Shown one piece after another: positions 14,001 to 28,600 of a stretch of 64,000 nt of DNA; position 1 is the first letter of the stretch, and each line of letters begins with the position of its first letter. Position numbers and translations under genes: made by a program. Below the pieces are notes generated by a model, which made no database searches, was not told the origin of the DNA, and saw nothing but the letters and a program-made list of their open reading frames with translations. Origin of the DNA: Callorhinchus milii (lineage: Eukaryota); the NCBI RefSeq assembly GCF_018977255.1, contig NW_024704742.1:4466001-4530000 (forward strand), in the 5' to 3' direction.

Positions 14001-17000
14001 CTGGCAAGTGATCAGATCAGAGTTTTGTGGCAGACAGGTAAAACTGTCCAGTTATCAAATAGGAGCCTTCTGATTGACTGGAAAGTCAGCCAACTATGAA
14101 AGAGGATATGTACAGTATTGTTAAACCTTTATTGATTTTTAAAATATTTCTCTATTCTTAAACATGAAGGATTGACTAGACTTATTGATTAACCAATCAC
14201 ACTAAATGAAATATATCTGACAGTTTTATTGCGACACTCGTTTTTATGATTTAATAAGTATAATTTATACCAGATTTAAATTGCAATTACATGGATAGAT
14301 TATGTTTTGCTATGGGCTAGGTATCAGCATCTTGCTTAAAGCTAATCTGGGATTTGTCTGAATCTAATACAGGGAGATTCGTAACTGGAGTCTAATACCA
14401 ATTTCATCCAGTAATCAGAGATGTGTTACTGACCTTTGGAAACTCCACTCCACTCTGATCTACTGAGTTCTTATGAGCCACAGAGATGTTTTCTGGTTAC
14501 TAGAGAGGGTTACGATTCGAGATTATCGTGATTATCCCATTCAACTCACCTAGTACTCAGCGCCTTGGGACGTCCTCCCGCTGTGAAAGGCGTTATACAA
14601 ATGCCATTTTGTTGTTGTTATACTCTCAAAGAAAAATTGTGGTTAGTGGGGTTGTGGATAAATTAATAAAAGACAACAGAGATAAAGACATGAAAAATAA
14701 AAATTCTCCAGTCCTGTTAATAATAATTCTTGCATTTCAATAATTCCTGCATTTGATACAGCGGCTTATCACGTTTTCGAGATGCCTCAAAGCGCTTCAC
14801 GGGATATTATTGTAAAGTGAAGTGACTATGTGTTTTGTGGGTGAAATATGGTGGACAATCCAAGTCAGGTCAAACATCCTTCATGTGGGTAGCATCTCAG
14901 TCCTCCTCTCATTGCTCACTGACTCCGGACCTTGGTGCGCTTAGCGTAGGCTACACTGCTCCTCTCTGTGCTCGTCGCTCAGTTAATCCGCAGACCCCGA
15001 CCCTGCACAGCCCCCTCCCCGGTCGCCTTCTTAGTCTGGTCTGTCTGTCAGGATTGGTGGAGGCCGCTGAAGTTTTCTCTCCGACAATAAGATATGATGG
15101 GTAAACTGACTACATTCAATAGATCTCACTCAGTGTTCCAGTTCAGTTTTCTCAACCCCAGCCCCCCCCCAGTTACAATACTTCAGTGTCTTAATTATTA
15201 TCTCTCCCCCCCACCACTTCCTGATTACAATACATTAGTGTCTTAATTATATCGAGAATCTTTAAAATTAAAAGGAATAATAGTTGAATACAAAAGCACA
15301 GGTTAAGATGAAGCTTCTCCGATGGGATCAGCCTGTTTAAATAATAATAACTATTGCATTTGCTAGAGCGCTTTATCACATTCATCAAGACGTTTCAGAG
15401 TCGGGCAGGACCTTTGCTGTGAAGTGTAGTGACTGTGCATTTTGTAGGTGAATATTCACCACAGGAAACAGACGACGACTGGGATTGTTCTGATTGGTGG
15501 GCACGGATAGGATCACGACAAGGATCATAATCCAGTAAGGACCATCTGCCTTTAAGTTTTGGTTCCCGGCTCAAACTTAGGAACGTGCCAGAGTGCTAGA
15601 CAGTTGCAAGATACAAGAGAGCTGGACGCTGGCTCAGTTTGAACACGAGGCACAAGGGACTATGACTATGCTAAATGCAGAAAATATGGTTCTGGGTGTC
15701 GGGTGTTAAATTGTTGAACTCAGCACCCAGGCTGCAAAGATATGTATAAAAATGCAGGCGTCACTGAGCGGGTGGCAAACTATGACTGCAGTCCTTGGAC
15801 ATTAGATTGGAACCGACTAATGCAAGTTCATGGTATGATTACTAATCGCGGCCGACAAGATCACAAGATTGGTCTGGATGAGGAAGGCCCTTCAGCCTCA
15901 TCCCTCCAGAACAAACCCCATATTCTCCCTTCATTGCATCAAGCTGTTTTTTTTAAATAAGTCCAGTGTCCTGGCCTCCAGCACCTTTCTCATGTCTCGT
16001 GTTCTGGCCATTGATTAGCCTCTGTATTAAAAAAATACACTTCCTTGCATCTGACCTGAATAAAGAATTGAACACAATGAGGTGCTTGAGGTGAGGAATT
16101 AATTAAACGAAATAGTGTTAATTTGTTTCCTTTATTTGAGTATTTATTAAAGAGCGAAGCCGAATTACTTAGTTTTGAATCATTATTCAATCATTCACTG
16201 ATTATCTATTTGCCTCCAGTCTCCAATATAGTCAAACCAAATCATTATTTATGAATGCAAATCTATTTAATCTTTTACTAATACGGTATCAAATTAGTTT
16301 GAAACATTTGAAATACCAACTCATTCGTATCTCTAGATGTCTTGTCAGCTGGTTGACTTGCAATACAGGCAGCACTAACTTAATAATCTGCCTTTTTTAT
16401 AATATATGGAGCAACCAAGGCAAACTGAGGGAACAGGGAATAAAAGATGAACTCTTGAGCATACATTTGAAATTTCGTACGGGCTTTAGTTAGCATAAAA
16501 TCTTTAAAAAATAGATCTGCATAGCATTTTTCTCCACTATGAATCTGTTTAATTTCACTCTCTTACTTGTTATGCATCCCCTTTAATGTTTCTCCTTTTC
16601 AAACTGTCTGATTCCCTTTTAAAATGGTCCAAGGACTCCAGCTCAGCTCTAGTTTGTGGCAGAGAATTACACATTCTCACTGTACACATTTGTTTTCTAA
16701 CCTCTGATTCTTTTTGTGATCATCTTAAATTTGTGCCCTTCAGTTACTGATTTGCCAACCTGTAGCACTACATTTCTATTCATCTCAAACCCCGATCATC
16801 AACCAGTTCATTCCTCAACCGTCTCAGCTCTTGTGAAAATAGCCTAACATTTCAAATCACTCTTCGGGATTGCACATCCTTTAACATGTGGCCATACAGC
16901 AGATGTCACTGTAGCTCCAGTCAGTATCAATGGACAAAATGAGCAGACAGTAGGGTGATAGCGTCTTTACAGAATAAGGTTAGAATTGTGCTGTATAATT

Positions 17001-18679
17001 AAAATATTTTAGGGAAGTGTTTGGACAGATCACCCTCACCCAGCTCCACGAAAATACCTTGAACACCAGCAATTTAAAATGTTTACATGGACAGAGAGGC
17101 GGAACGATGGCTATAGAATCACATCTTTAGAAAATAATATTCTGGATTTATACTCCAAGGTAAGTAATGCCCCGAAAGAAAACAAAACTACTGTAGAGTT
17201 ACTTCTCCCTTCTCAGTTATTTTCTGGAAGTATAAGTATGGGGAAGACATTTTGAAAAGTTTAAAAAGCTGCATCCCTGAAAATAATCTTTCATCTCAAA
17301 AACCCCACCACTGATTAAGATGATTGTTAATCATTTACCTCACATCCAGATGCAATGCTCGAGTCATACATACTCAAACAATGTAAAATATGTAAATCCA
17401 ATATTTGCGGTAAACATACTTCAGTTACTTCCACATGCAGACAAACGGTGCAGAACATTTGGTTAAGCGACGTGTAATTTAAGTGTTGCCTGCTGAGCCA
17501 AGGTATCATACAATTTAGTAATTTACTGAAGGATTTAAGTAGGAGTAGGTTTAATTTCCTGATAAGCATGACATGTAAATGATCCGGTAAGGCTAAGAAA
17601 ACTTTGAACGAAAAACTTTAGATGTTATATTTAAGTGCAAATTATATTTTTTAAATATAAACACATTTTAATGGCAAGCTAAATTTGAGCTTGCACTAGT
17701 ATGAAATATCCTTGCATTAGGGAAGTAGTAAAACATTGCAAAAATTATAGGGGAAATTAAAGGTTACATTGGCGTGAAGGAAATGTGCACTTTTAACCCT
17801 TGTAGAATAAATCGAAGATTATGCAACACAGCATAACCTCCCTGAACTAAATGTTCGTTCTAATTGGATATTCATGTCACTGCTGGGAACTGTCACACAC
17901 CAAATGGTCTAGTGTTACATGTTAAGATATGTAAATCGTTGTGCTCATGCATCACTTCATTGAGCTTCATAAAAATCAGATTTATCTTAACTTTGTAGTG
18001 CTGTGATTAGCTGAAGTGTGCCCGAGTACTGTATAAACAGGTCTCCACACTAAACAACCAATGTCTTTTCAATTTCCTCAATATCAGTTGCCTTTAGCAA
18101 TTTAACAACAGTACTAAAATTGTAGCAGGTAAAACAATTGAGTATGAAACTTGTAAAAACAAACTGGAAAATAGGAATATTTAAACTGGTGAAATTGGAC
18201 ACAAGAACATATGCTACAACCAAATGTGCTTTGAACATCCTTATTGGTGTCTTTTTTGTATACCATCACTGAAAAAAATGAAAGTGCATTGTTCCTAGGG
18301 GCAATTTCCTTGTCACGTCAGTCCATTTTAGATCATTAGTTTGTAAATACAGAATTTCATTTAACATTCAGAAAGACAGGCAAGTTATTTAAATCAACTT
18401 AATTTTATGCAACATACTGAGTGTATAGTTCAACTGTGGTAACCGCAGCTGTGACTCTTTTAACGATCCCAATAAATCCTCTTTGAATCACAGACAGGAA
18501 GAGAATTATGCAAATGATATATTAAGCAATCTGACTGAATGTAATGTTCTGTGAATACTGGATTCTTAAAAAAAAAATCAGGAAAGTCACACACCTGAAA
18601 ATTGGAAAATTAATGATTCACTGAAACAAGATTAAAATGGTACAGCAAAAACCCAAGAACAAAAAACAATATTTACAAG

Positions 18680-18685
18680 TTTATT
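18680..18685 (-). terminator. polyadenylation signal AATAAA of MELK (an alternative hexamer lies at 18823-18828)
   Basis: TTTATT on +; followed on the minus strand by a GU/U-rich tract (TTGTTTTTTGTTCTTGGGTTTTTG). Confidence 0.6.
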
Positions 18686-19537
18686 AAGAAATGAGATTAT
18701 AGTCCACCATAATCAAAGATGAAATGTGTACTATTTACAAATCACACAAAAAAGACATGATGAGGAAACAGTATACAAAAATAAAAATGAGAAATCAATG
18801 CAAATGTATCCTACATTATACATTTATTCATTGATTTAAACTAATTATACCTCAATTTTCAGCAATTGAGTTTTTTTTACAATGCATTTTACAATTTAAA
18901 GGAACAGTGCAAGTGCAATACAAAGCTGTATGATGGCTTTAGATATTCTATGTAAAACATCTTGTTGTATCCTTCATTAGATTTTAGGTCTCCTATATAA
19001 AAAAAACTTAAAATATACTGACTTATGGCTATCTCAATCAAGGACATGCCATTCTATTGTGATTTCTGAAGTCTAATGAAGCTGGCAACATTGAGAAGTG
19101 CTCCAGTCTTCAGCCCAATGCGCTCAACACCCCATTCCTACCATGTGGTCTAGTCAAAGGAGCCCCTTAGCCCAACAGCTTCTACAAAAACTATTTTAAA
19201 AGTCTAATTAGCAGTCTGTCCTTTAAGGAATCAGCAGAAAAGGATTTTCTCCATAACCACTCATTCCTGTAAGACATCGACATATTCTGGCAATCGAAAA
19301 CAAATAAGATGTAATCAATGTATTCTTATCTTATGGATCCAATTAGTTAATAGTACCAACTGTGATAAAACACAAGTATGATTTTTTTGGAAAAACGCTA
19401 TTGTATGAAAAGGTAAGATTAATAAAAATATTTAAATAGGAATAAGGGAATATAAGGTGACTGGATCAGGAAGCATTCATTTTACAGCTATTGAAGAATT
19501 TTCAAGAATAATTTTGGACCAGATTCAGTTTCACTGA

Positions 19538-19715
19538 TTAGATGCTGGAACTGGATAAAATATCTTCAACTAAGCGCTTGTACACCCAGGCATCACCCTT
19601 CAGTCGCTGTCTTCTGATGCCAATCACTTCAGGCTTGCTGAGTTGACACATCTCAAGCTCAAATTGCATAGTTACCTTTCCGAAGTCTGATCTAGTTTGG
19701 CATTTTAACGTATAA
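19538..19715 (-). CDS. MELK: MELK exon 18, coding part (YTLKCQTRSDFGKVTMQFELEMCQLSKPEVIGIRRQRLKGDAWVYKRLVEDILSSSSI*)
   Basis: 178 nt ending in TAA at 19540-19538; KA1 domain. Confidence 0.97.
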
Positions 19716-20654
19716 CTGTGAAAATAAGGTAAAGTTCAGCAATCACATCTACGGCATCATTACATTTACAAAATTGATTATGCTAACATTCCATGCATTG
19801 GTGCAAAAACAAGACTTGACACAATGAGCAGTTTTCCTTAACACTGAAGGTGGTGACTTATGTTAGATACCAAGTAATCATTCTCCTTGTGACAGCTGGA
19901 CCTTTAGTAGATGTTCAATCACAAGGGCAATGCTAATCCCTCCCTCATCACCACACTTCCAAGTGGATAGCAAGCAGGAATGAGACATTGTTTTAGTCCA
20001 CATTGTCAAGGCTAATTGTAGCAATGTTTCTCTTCCTCTTTCCTGGCTGAGAGATTTAAGAAATGATTGAGAAATAAACATATTAAGGGATATACTAGAA
20101 AGACAGGGACCCAGTAATAAATAGGATATTGATGGGCCAAATAACCTTCTATTCCTACGCTTTCCTCTCCCTGCTCAAATGAGTTAATTCAGCAGATTGG
20201 ATATCAACCCTGGGACATTGCTGATCCTTTATGGCTTAGTACCACCGCAGATGCTGCATTCATTCACGGAGCCCTGAAGACAGCTGCCATGTTTTATTCT
20301 TTGTCCATGTACAGATATCTAGCTGAGACACCACAAAAATTATTTACTCTAAAAAAAGGATACATTAATCACATACTGCAGAATCATCTAATATCTATTT
20401 TACTTCCAAATCTGATGTTACTTTGCCACTTACTAAAACATTTCATATATTTTCAAGCAAAAGATTTAAGTCATGATATTGCCTTCAATGGTATGGATAT
20501 AACATCTTCACACATTGCAGTAGCAATCACCACAAAAATGCTCTGATATATCTAGAATAAATTTATATCTGAATATTTGAGGAAAACCGGACATTGGAAA
20601 TGAAACTCCATCACTCTATGGATTGAAATAGTGTAAAGCCGATTCATGAATTAT

Positions 20655-21795
20655 ATATTTATATATTGCCCTTCACACGAGTAGCATGTCAGAGTACTTT
20701 GACGTCAAGCTAGAAAGAGGTGATCAAAGCACAGTCGAAGAGGAAAGTCTTCTATTATGATTTCAATTTAGGCAAAGAGGGGCAAGACAGAGATTCAGGC
20801 AGAGTTGTTGAAATCACAGCCACGAATGGTGGTGCAGAGGCAAGAGGGGCACACAGAAGACCCAAGGCAGCTGAGTGATGGCTATGGATAGCCCAGTCGG
20901 ATGTGAGCAGAACAGAGGTAGGGAGGAACCAGGGCATGAAGTGATTTGAAATAGAAAGTGAGAATCTTGGGGGAAAAAAAAGATTTGTTCTGCAACATGG
21001 AGCCAGTGGTGCCTAGGAAGGTTTGGGGTGATGGGAGTGTGGAGCCTGCAACAGGTGGGGACACAAGCGGCAAAGTTTTGTAACGTTTGGATTTTGTTTA
21101 CCGTGGAGCAGGGGAGACAGGTGAGGAGGACATTGGAAAAATAAAATCGATAGAACAAAGGTGGGTGTTGTGGTAGAGGAAGGCAGTTCTGGTCAGGGAC
21201 CAGATGTGAGGTAGGAAATATAACTGGGTATCAAACCTGATGCCAAGGTTTGGTAAGTCTGAGGGATAGGAAAGAAAGGTTAAGGAGTTCAGAACCATAG
21301 GTGAGAAGATCTTGATATGAACTGAGAAGGATGGCTTCATTCTTGCTGATGGTCAGCTGCAGAAAGTCTGTGCTCATCCAGGCCTTGATGTCAGACAAGC
21401 AGACAGTCAGAACATCGGTAGGACTGGAGTCACAACTAGAGGAGGAAAAATAGATTTGGGCATCATCTGCATACATGTGGATGTTGACCACATCACAGCA
21501 AATTATATTATTAAAAAGGAGCATGTAAATCAGAAAAATGAGAGGCAGAGGGAACTGTGGTCATAGAGATAGAGAACAGCATTTGTAACCTTGACAGTCT
21601 TAGTGTTGCACCCAGGGCAGAAACCAGACTTGAGGGTCTCAAGAAGTGAGTGGGAGGAAAGATGTAAGTGAAGTTGGGCAACATGTTCCAGGACTTTAGA
21701 AAGGAAGGGCAGGTCTGAGATGGGTTGTAGTTAGGGGAGTTTGACAGATCAAGGGTAGGTTTTTGAGTGGGATGATGATAGAAGTTTTGAATCAC
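20655..21795 (-). mobile_element. L2 LINE, 3' part of ORF2 plus tail (decayed)
   Basis: HMYADDAQIY RT motif; CLSDIKAWM; LQNFAA...TPITPNL..HWL; tail at about 20655-20700. Confidence 0.9.
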
Positions 21796-24700
21796 AGTAT
21801 GGATATCACACCGTTATAATAAGAGTATCATGGCTATAATCATCTATTTATGGTCTATAGTCAATTAATCACTATAATCACTGTCAATTAAACCCAAATA
21901 GAATCAAACGTACCATATGATCTTAACAGTATCTATTAAGCGTTCTGGGACACTACTCTGCGTGAAGGGCGCTATATAAATGCAAGTTGTTTTTATCTGT
22001 TTATTGCCATTATTTCAAGGATGTAAACTGATTATTACATTACATAAATTCTAAAGTCAACTTGATTTAAGAGATCTTGGGCCACTGATAATACTTTTTA
22101 GACACTTATTATAACGCTTATATATCAATTCCAAAAATCATAATTGAATTGGTCCATTTGTTAAACACTTTACGATTAGAAATTCGACAATTGCTTCCCT
22201 ACTTGCAATTCCCAAATGTGCATCACCAAAGATTTGTCAATCTGCTCTTTCAATCAGATAAAAATCATATTTGGTGTGCCTGAACTTGATGAATTTCAGT
22301 TGACAAGTTGAGAAGGTAACAGTTAGACTCAAGCCTACATGTTAACAGGTTCCATGATTAACGTGCATTAATGAGAAGAAAATGAAATCCAATAATTTCC
22401 AGTCTAAAGCACCTAATCCCAAAGGGTTGGAGAAATATTTATCCTCAATTCTCACTCGTGAAAGATTGCTAAGAGCAGGATGTGCTCTTCACCAGCTAAC
22501 ACATGATCATCACACCTGGCTAATTTTTCATTTGTTTATGTTGGCAGGTAGTTTCAATTAGTTTTCTGAAATATTACTATACGATTGTTGATGTGCAACA
22601 CTAAGCAGTTTTAGTACTTCAGAAAACTATTGGCAGGAGGGGAAAGCCAATCTGGTAGTTTGGCACTAGAATCTATATTGCCAGACAGCCATGAATGATG
22701 TTCACGGCAGATTTCAGCTGAGTGCTTCAAAATATTGGCTTGCTTTAGAGGATAAAAAAACACAGCCCTTTACGAAACAAAATGGGAACAGTTAATGAAC
22801 AAACCTAACTAAAATATTAGAAGGCAACTATTTTACACTAACAGCACATCCCACATCAAACAGTTCTAATCTCAGGACCTGGAATCATTAATACAACAGC
22901 ACCACCTACAGGAATGAGGAGAGAATCAGTTTTGAACCAAAGATTGATTGGTGTTTTTGTTTATGTGGTAGATTTAAAACATTCAGTGTACCAACGAACT
23001 ATATGCAAAGATGGCTACAAAATATCTTTCAGCATGAGATGATCACAAATGCAGTGTTGCTTTATTCCTGACTAATAATGCATTTGTGCATTATATTTCG
23101 TTTCAACTTGGATTTATGATGTTAAGATTTTGTCTTAGATGTGTTTTATATAAATGTATATATTACTTCCTTACCATTATACTCTATTCCTCTCGATATA
23201 ATGCCAAGGATTCAATTTGCATGCCTTATGCCTTTGTCAGCCAGATGTCAGCCTGGCTCAGTGGGTAGCACTGTAGCCTCTGAATCAGAAAGCTTGGATT
23301 CAAGCCCACATCAGACTTTGAACTCACAATCTAGGCTGACACTCCAATGCAGTGCTGGTAGTGTGCTGCATTGTTGGAGATGCTGTCCTACGGATACAAC
23401 CTTAAACCAAGGTCCCATCTGCCCATGCAAATGAGCATTAAAGATCCCATAGCACTATTTGATAAGAGAAGGGGGTTTCTCCTGGCGTCCTGGCCAACAC
23501 TCCCCCAAATAAAATTGGTTATTCACTTCATGAAAAGCGATCCGCCAATTGACTAACATCCTACTTACTGCTAGGTAAACAGAGGAGTGTGGAGTAAGGA
23601 AACTTCCCTAAGGTTTCGCACGGCCGGGAATCAAACTCCGGTCTCTCGCTTGTGAGACAAGTGCTCTTTAATGCAGAATAGTCACTAAATTGCTTGTCTT
23701 TCATTGACTTTGTCAAAAGTCTGACACATTGTTATATTAATTAGGCTTTAATCTTTGTATGTACGTGGTTGTAATATAGAAATAATGTCTTCCGAATCGA
23801 TACATTTCCTCTCTAATGTTTTACAATACTACTTCACAAATACATTCAAAACGTGTACGAATTTCACAAGATTAGTTCAGATGAAGAAGGCACTTCCACT
23901 TGATCTCATGTTTGGTCACCTGACCTCAACCTCCCTCCTGGTAACCTGTCCCAGTCATTAATTATCCTATTAGTAAAAAAAATACTTCCTGGTGTCCTGA
24001 AATAGCCCTTGACAAATCTGAACCTCTGTCCGCCTATTCTACTGTCTTGGTGCATCTGAAAGTATTGTTCTGGGTTTACTTTCTCAATTCCATTAAAAAA
24101 ATACAAACCTCTATCAGATCCACTGGCTATCACCAAAGCAAGATTTTTAAATCTATTTAGTATGTAAAAATATATAAATGGATGCAAAAATAACTTTGAA
24201 AAAGACAACTAATCCAATGTTGAATGCAAGCTCCCTAATGAGAGCAGGTAAAGGTACTGCCCTATATGGCTAGTAGAAGGCCACATAAGTTACAGGGTCA
24301 AATCATGGAATGTGCCTGTGTTTTCTGTTAGGGAGAACTTCCAGGCCGAAAATAAGACAGGGATCACTCTAATAGCTAATCAGAGTTCTACTGTAAGATG
24401 CATATTTATGTCAGATGACCAAAGAATCAGGTTCATTAATAGTGCACTTGTGTGGTCAAATGGCCCATCAACACTTAAACAAGGGACTTACATAAAGTTC
24501 AACTGAACAAAATCTAATGAACCATTCCTCAGTGGTGGAAGCGTGAAACCATCCCTTTCTAAGAAATGCATACTGTCATGAATGTCTGGGTGAAACACTG
24601 AATGATTCCCAACATTCATTAACGTGTTCTCCATAGAAAGGTATTAAGTCACATTCAAATGTGCGGGAGAAGATTTTTTTTTAGAAAAATAGTTGTAGGT

Positions 24701-25065
24701 AAATGGAACAAGTTATCAACAGAAGTATTAGAACAAAGAGCAGTAAAGGATTTAAAAAAGCACCTTGATGGGTTATTGGAAATTGAAACAATTAAGTTAT
24801 TAGAAGATGACTAAGTAGATTGTCAAAGGAAATGATAGGGAAATTGGATGAGATAATTTGGATATTCCTGCCTGAAAACGTTACTAAGAGGAGGAAAAGG
24901 AAACAAAAGTAATGAGAAGCAATACTTAAGTCAGGAATATTCACGTAATGGAGTTACGAAATCAATGAGCCACTTTTTAAAAAAATAACATACGTCTGTC
25001 TCATTTGAATATGAACTTTAAAAGCTAGGTTGCATTAATATGAAAATAAGTAGCAAAACACATAC

Positions 25066-25169
25066 CCTTTTTGCACAAAGTCAATCCTTTTACTTGACAA
25101 GACACCAATTATCTCATTGAGAACTTCATCTGCATTCAGCATGGTGGTTGTAGTTACATTATATTGTGC
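25066..25169 (-). CDS. MELK: MELK exon 17 (AQYNVTTTTMLNADEVLNEIIGVLSSKRIDFVQK-G)
   Basis: 104 nt; start of the KA1 region. Confidence 0.96.
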
Positions 25170-25380
25170 CTGAGAAAAAAAAGTACAGTATTTTATATAA
25201 CAATGGAAATTAAGAAAAATGACAGTGCTACTTACAGTGAAAATGCCAATATGGTCATTCATTTGTCATAGAACAGAATGACCAGAGTTATAATGAGGTG
25301 ATAACCCATGTATGAAAATAAGACTATTAGTTTTCTAACATTTAACATGTAAAGGAGAATCTGATCACCTATTAGATTAA

Positions 25381-25653
25381 GTTCAATTCCAGGCAGGGCG
25401 AAACCTTGGGCAAGTTTCCTTACTCCACACAGAGCCTAATAATAATCCCTCCAAAACCAAAAACAATAATAAATTGGTCATTTTCAATCCATGACTGTTT
25501 GTGGGACATTGCTGTGCGCAATTGGCTGCCGCGTTCGCCCACAAATATACAGTCAATTCACTTTACAGTGTGTTCTGTGAAGCGCTTTGGGACGTCCTCC
25601 CGACGTGAAAAGCCCTATATCAAATGCAACGATTATTATTATTATTATTATTA
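25381..25653 (+). mobile_element. same SINE, young subfamily, 5'-truncated
   Basis: Few differences from 29921-30192. Confidence 0.9.
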
Positions 25654-28600
25654 AGGGCACTGCCAAATTCAACCCCGACTCAAATAAGTTGCTATGATAT
25701 TCAGATTCATAAAAATAGCCCACCTAAAATTTTCTAACATATTACACTGCTTGTACAAGTGACCTCTTAAAACTTCGTTTAAACATTATGTCACTACTTA
25801 ATAGGCAAGGTTGTGCTTTGGATATGGGAGTCATAAATCCATGATGAAAGAAGTCACCTAGGGACAGTAACAGGAAACAAATTCCTACTGTTTCAAAGAG
25901 TCTTTCAGTGAAGATCCTGGATTTGGATGATCAATCATAGTTGTCCAATAAATTGTACATAGACAATCAAATACGGTGCTTGATTTAGACGCCCAAACAA
26001 ATGATTCTACAACAACAACAACAACAACAAGATTCCATTTATAGAGCGCCTTTCACGTCGGGAGGATGTCCCAAGGTGCTGGACAGTTGGGTCAGCACCC
26101 GAGCAGGGAGGAAATGGTCAGGGTGAGGGGAGGGAAGGAGCGAGGAGGGGGTAGAGAGTTGAGAGGGGAGCTGAAGGCACGGTCAAAGGGAAAGGTCTTG
26201 AGACCGACCTTGTGTATAAATGCTACTGTAGAAGACAGATTGGTGATTTTATAATATTTTTATACCAAAATTTCCATGGGTTGACCTTTTACTGGGCTAT
26301 TTGATGATTTCTCCCAATAGGTTATCATGATTCAATTACTTAGTTGACTGTAGCAGCTAGTTCACGACAATGTGGCAAAACTAAACTGATAGCTTGCTTT
26401 ACTTTGTTCAGGGACTCTTACAACTTTGCAGTACATGCAGAACTGTCTGTCAGCTTGGACTTCAAGGGCTGACTGCTCCATCAATATGGTTGTAAGACAA
26501 GATAAGAAGAGTTGCCTCATATCCAATGACTATGTCAAAGCAAGCCTCCAAAAATCTTGATCACTATAGAATCTGTCGTGGGCAACATTTTCTTTGCAAG
26601 CACATTTTTAGAATGGTTGCTTGCACAGCACAAATATAAACATAGAAACTCTGTACTTGTGATTCTTCTCGAGTCTTGGTGAACCAAATTAGATGTTGGT
26701 TTGCACTGTTACAAGGGGATTGAATTCTCTCCTGACCCGCAATAATGCCTTAAAACACAAGGAAAATCAACCCAGAAAGTAGCCATCATATCTGTACCAC
26801 ACAACCTCTTATATCACCCTTTTTTTTGCATTGCATTTTTTTTTGCATTTGACTAATCATTACATAATCAAGGTCAGCAGTAATTCTCTCTGCACATGTT
26901 CAAAGTTAGCATAACTTGTATATTAGACCCCAATGTCATGATCTTCTCAGAATACCACACCTCACATAAAAACTTGAGATGACCTTTAAAAGGTCAATAA
27001 AAACAAGCTCAAAAAAATTCCAAAAACACCTTCTACGCTTAAAACTGAGAAGAATAACTCCTGTCCAATTTGACTTAATTTCTTAAGAGTAACAAAACAC
27101 GATAATGTTTCTTAGTAAGATCTATGGTATACTGATATCAAAATTAAAAGCACCTTATGTAAATGGAGTTGCAGAAACGATTGGATCAAAAGCCTTGAGA
27201 CACTGGGTAGAGCTTATTTGCATTTCTTTATGGTATCCAATGACTGCCATGAAAAATGGGCAAGTAGATCATGTAATTTTCTGGCCAAAAATCAAAATAA
27301 ACACAGAAGATCAACAACAACTTGCATTTATATAGCGCCCTTCACACGGGGTAGCGTCCCGGAGACCAAGTCAATATAATATGAAGGACAGCTGCCTGCT
27401 CTTCCCCTCCCCACAACCCCTCAGACTCTATTTCAGAAAGAATGTAGATGAACAAAAGAGAGAGAAATAAGTCAACAGTAATATTGGGCCTGAAGCCAGA
27501 CAAAAACAGCCACTACAACCAGCAGGACCATCAGTTTATAAAGAGAACAACCACGTGCCTAAGGCCAGCCACACCCCCCTGGACCAAGACCAAATAAATT
27601 GCAGCGATCCTAAACCATGTAAGGCCTCCAGTGTATGCATATCCATGCCAATAAACTCAATGTACCTCCCTGAAAGCACCGTGCAATTAAAAGTACAATT
27701 GCTTCACACAAAACGAGTCTGAATGAAAAATCTGAAAATTAATAAAAGTTACCAGAACAAAAAAAAATGACCCCAGTGGGCAAAGGCTCCCTGCTGCCTG
27801 TGACAATCAATTCCAGCTGAAGCCAATGACACAGAACCTTAAACAATCATCGTACACCCAGAGGCCAAAGAAACAGCAAAATGTTCCCGAACAGTAATCT
27901 TGTTCCAACTGAGTATTTTTAGAATTGTTTTCCTTAGAACTGTTTTCGGAATTGATATACTAATTCAATCCCTGCAGAATACAAAGGGGCATAAGATATC
28001 AGAGATGAAGATCCCTTCTTCCCAATGGTTAAGTACAATTAATTCATATTTTCCTCAATTTGTCATCAGCTATTTTTTCCAGAGAAGTCAAAAATCAATA
28101 TGAAAGGCATTATGTACTGATATAAAATGCTATCAATATTATTATCTTATATCGCAGTATCCATTGTCCAGTAATGCAAAGCAAGTCTGGAACTCATTGC
28201 AATGAAAAATCACAAAGGTTTTTCTTTATTTCAGTGTTTGGGGGGTTAACAAGAGAGCAGGGGCAGCCACTGCTTCTGATCTTGGATATGGTGTCTGAGT
28301 TCATCCATTTTGTTTACCCAAAATAGTATTAATTTTTACTTTATACTTATTTGAATTTTAATAGTTTTTTTTTAAAACACATGTAGCATTTTTACTGACA
28401 ACTACATACTGATGACGGTACAGTATTCTGTTATCTCATGAGGGGCCGATTCAGATTGAGCAGCTTGAGCTAGAACCAATACTTGATCCGATTCAGTTTG
28501 GAAATTCAGTCTTTGCATTACAATTTGATTTTTCGAGATAGTCTCAAAACTGGAGTCAAAATCACCAATTGACTTTGCTGTGCAAAATATAAGCAAAAAC

